This document shows, piece after piece, positions 61,621 to 64,000 of a stretch of 64,000 nt of DNA. Each line of letters opens with the position of its first letter. Position 1 is the first letter of the stretch. The stretch is from positions 58,528,001-58,592,000 of the forward strand of contig OX597831.1 in the NCBI GenBank assembly GCA_951406725.2, read 5' to 3'. A program made the translations under genes and the position numbers. The notes under the pieces are model-generated. The model was not told the origin of the DNA and ran no database searches. It saw only the letters and a list, made by a program, of their open reading frames with translations. The DNA comes from Octopus vulgaris. Taxonomy: Eukaryota.

Positions 61621-61829
61621 GCATATGCTTGTGTCACGTAGTTTCTGGAAGGCAAAAATTAGAAACATTTTCTTACCACATTTTTCTATATGTTCGCTCA
61701 GTGGAATTTACCGAACATTACTGTTCCGGATTTGTTCTGTTGACTCGTTAGCGTTAAAAAAAGTCCAAGAAGAAACAACTGTGAAACAACTCATAGGATA
61801 GACCGATGAAATGCCTAAAATTCACATCT

Positions 61830-62432
61830 ACACCTTCAGTCACTCATCAAGGTTTAGAGGAAAATATCCAAAACTTTCGTGGGTAACTACGACTTGTGGA
61901 TAAAAATAATGAGAATGACGAATCCTTGGTGAAAAATAAATCAAAATTTAATCCACCAAAAGGACGAAATACATATCTGGGTCAATTCATTGATATTCTC
62001 TTCAGATTTCAACTGCGACATAACATGAATATCAGACCAAAGATTTCAAAACTAGAAAGGTCTTAAAAATGGCAACATAGTTATCACCCAAAAAAGTGGA
62101 GAAAGGGAGTGCGATTGTTATAATGGATGCCGAATATTACTGGGACCTAACTGAAGATCATTTGAAGGATTCCACATACTACTGTGAAATACCCTCAAAT
62201 ATTGACCACCGCATCATGAAGAAACTCAAATATATCGTCTCAAAACATTATAACTCCTTCACTCTTAATGAAAGAGTCTATGTTACCAATTTTTAGTCGA
62301 AATCCAGCAACGTCTATGGCTTAGCTAGAATACACAAGTCAAAGGAAATGCAAAATGCTATAAAGGAACAAGGTGATGAATACGTAAAACTACTACAGCC
62401 AAAAGACCTTAAACTAAGATCCATTATATCTA
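61830..62432 (+). mobile_element. Penelope-like RT N-terminal fragment
   Basis: KSKFNPPKGRN..VEKGSAIVIMDAEYY..HLKDSTYY..VYGLARIHKSKEMQNAIKEQ..PKDLKLRSII (ADKG..V.M; FYGLPKIHK; LRPII motifs). Confidence 0.85.
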
Positions 62433-62795
62433 GAAGAAAGAAAGGTCCGAACAGTCAAAATTCGCGACAAACAAATATAAAGACGAGTGATGTTGCATGA
62501 AGCTACCAGTAGGTAAACCTGTGACGGAAATCATACGCGTATTTAAACAGTATATGAAAAATAATACAGACACCTGCAGCTCTTTGCGTAAGGTAGTCTG
62601 CCGAGAAAATATTAGAGTTTGGGTAAAATGGTTTCTAATGTTTACTAGAACTAAGTACACTCTCCTTTCATGAATTGCATCCCATCATTTGTGAGTCAAT
62701 AGATGGACCTGAGGCCTTTTTGTGTTGCAGCAAACCTCCCTGTCTGCAGCATCATCAATACTCCTGTAGTGTAATGTTTGGAGAGTATAGTATGA

Positions 62796-62831
<36 letters not shown>

Positions 62832-63389
62832 CAACCCATATTATTAATTTATATATCTTGATAATACTAAAGTTCTAGGGATGTTTCTCTGTACCCAAAG
62901 TATCTTAGAAATAGTATATTTTATCTTTTTGCTGCATATCTATTTTCATAAATACCTTCGGCAGTGCAGTACAAATTTTTGTGACATTTGGACCTCTATT
63001 TAGTAATGAAAACGAGTAAACAGGACTTTTGTTCGTCATTTCTTGACGAAAAAATAACATGACCTCCGTGACATTAACACACGTACAGAATACACACACA
63101 CACATAATGAATGTCATGGCCTGTCTATCAACACAAACACACGTCCGCTATCATATACACACATATATACACAAACATATTCTTCGCGCTCTCTGAGAAA
63201 AAAAGAATTCGACTTTTTGACGTACACACTATTTTAATCATTTGGAAATATTTTTAACTGCATGTCATTTCAAAAATATAAGCTATTTGTACAGTAGGTA
63301 TTTATATTTTAGCTTTCTTTAAACAGGCAATATTTTGATGTCATTTTTGAATTATTTTCAAGTCGTTAATTTCCGTAATTTTTTTTTAC

Positions 63390-63791
63390 TTATTCACTGT
63401 GGTTTTAAAGTGAAAGAGATGAGAAATTGAACGATGTATGTGAAATAGAGAAAGAGAGAAAGAGATAGAGAAAGAGAGAGAGAAAGAGAGAAATAGAGAG
63501 AGAGAGAAGGAGAGAGAGTGAGTGAATGGGTGTGTCGTCATGTATACGTACATACATCGATACATATGTGTACATCTTTTTTTATGTTCGTGTGCATACG
63601 TGTGTAAGTGTGTCCGTGGGTGTGTATGTGTGCGTGTGTGAGAGAGAGTGAGTGAACGGGTGTGTTCTCATGTATGTATAAATGGCACTCTATCTCGCTC
63701 TCTCTCTCACACACACATACATCTGTTTTATATATACGTTCATACATCATTCACTTTCTCCTGTCTTTCACTTTAAAACAAATGTGAATAA
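63390..63791. repeat. MITE-like or fold-back structure, ~50-bp imperfect inverted arms
   Basis: TTATTCACTGTGGTTTTAAAGTGAAAGAGATGAGAAATTGAACGATGTATG (63390-63440) versus CATACATCATTCACTTTCTCCTGTCTTTCACTTTAAAACAAATGTGAATAA (63741-63791). Confidence 0.75.
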
Positions 63792-64000
63792 ATAATTTTT
63801 TTTGATTGAAATCATCGAACAAAATCAGCTGATCTGGATGACATCTCTGAGAGTCAGAGTGACACAGCTGAGAGTTAAAGCGAAAGATCGCTCCAAGGGC
63901 ATGTCATTACAAAAAATGTTTCGAGTATCTCAGATTTAAATATTTGGCTGCTATTTCTAGCACGCCTACTACCAATGTAACAGTTATTTGCGATAAAGGA

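Overview
AT-rich animal genomic DNA that appears entirely intronic or intergenic. The SINE families and the very heavy (TA)n, (TCTA)n and (AAT)n microsatellite load point to an octopus (coleoid cephalopod); this is inferred from repeat recognition only. I find no intact host protein-coding gene, rRNA, true tRNA or CRISPR array. Almost all ORFs in the track are microsatellite translations or transposon debris. The window holds a decayed Chapaev3 (CMC) transposase, several Tc1/mariner remnants, a decayed Mag-like Ty3/Gypsy element with one LTR and a tRNA-Ser PBS, and R4/Dong, RTE and CR1-like LINE fragments. It also holds three tRNA-derived SINE families, Helentron-type non-autonomous elements, a MITE with an 8-bp TSD, and many Penelope-like elements (PLEs), including a probable Naiad. 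The most notable signals are: (i) about a dozen hammerhead ribozyme (HHR) motifs in PLE ends, including one family whose three copies all lack catalytic-core A6; (ii) a ~300-bp HHR-bearing retrozyme-like unit in tandem and inverted copies; (iii) a SINE that recurs as ~183-bp head-to-tail multimers with a fixed junction; (iv) a Helentron-type element enclosing a Gypsy integrase fragment; (v) many fold-back structures. Family names come from motif recognition by eye, not database searches, and boundaries are approximate.
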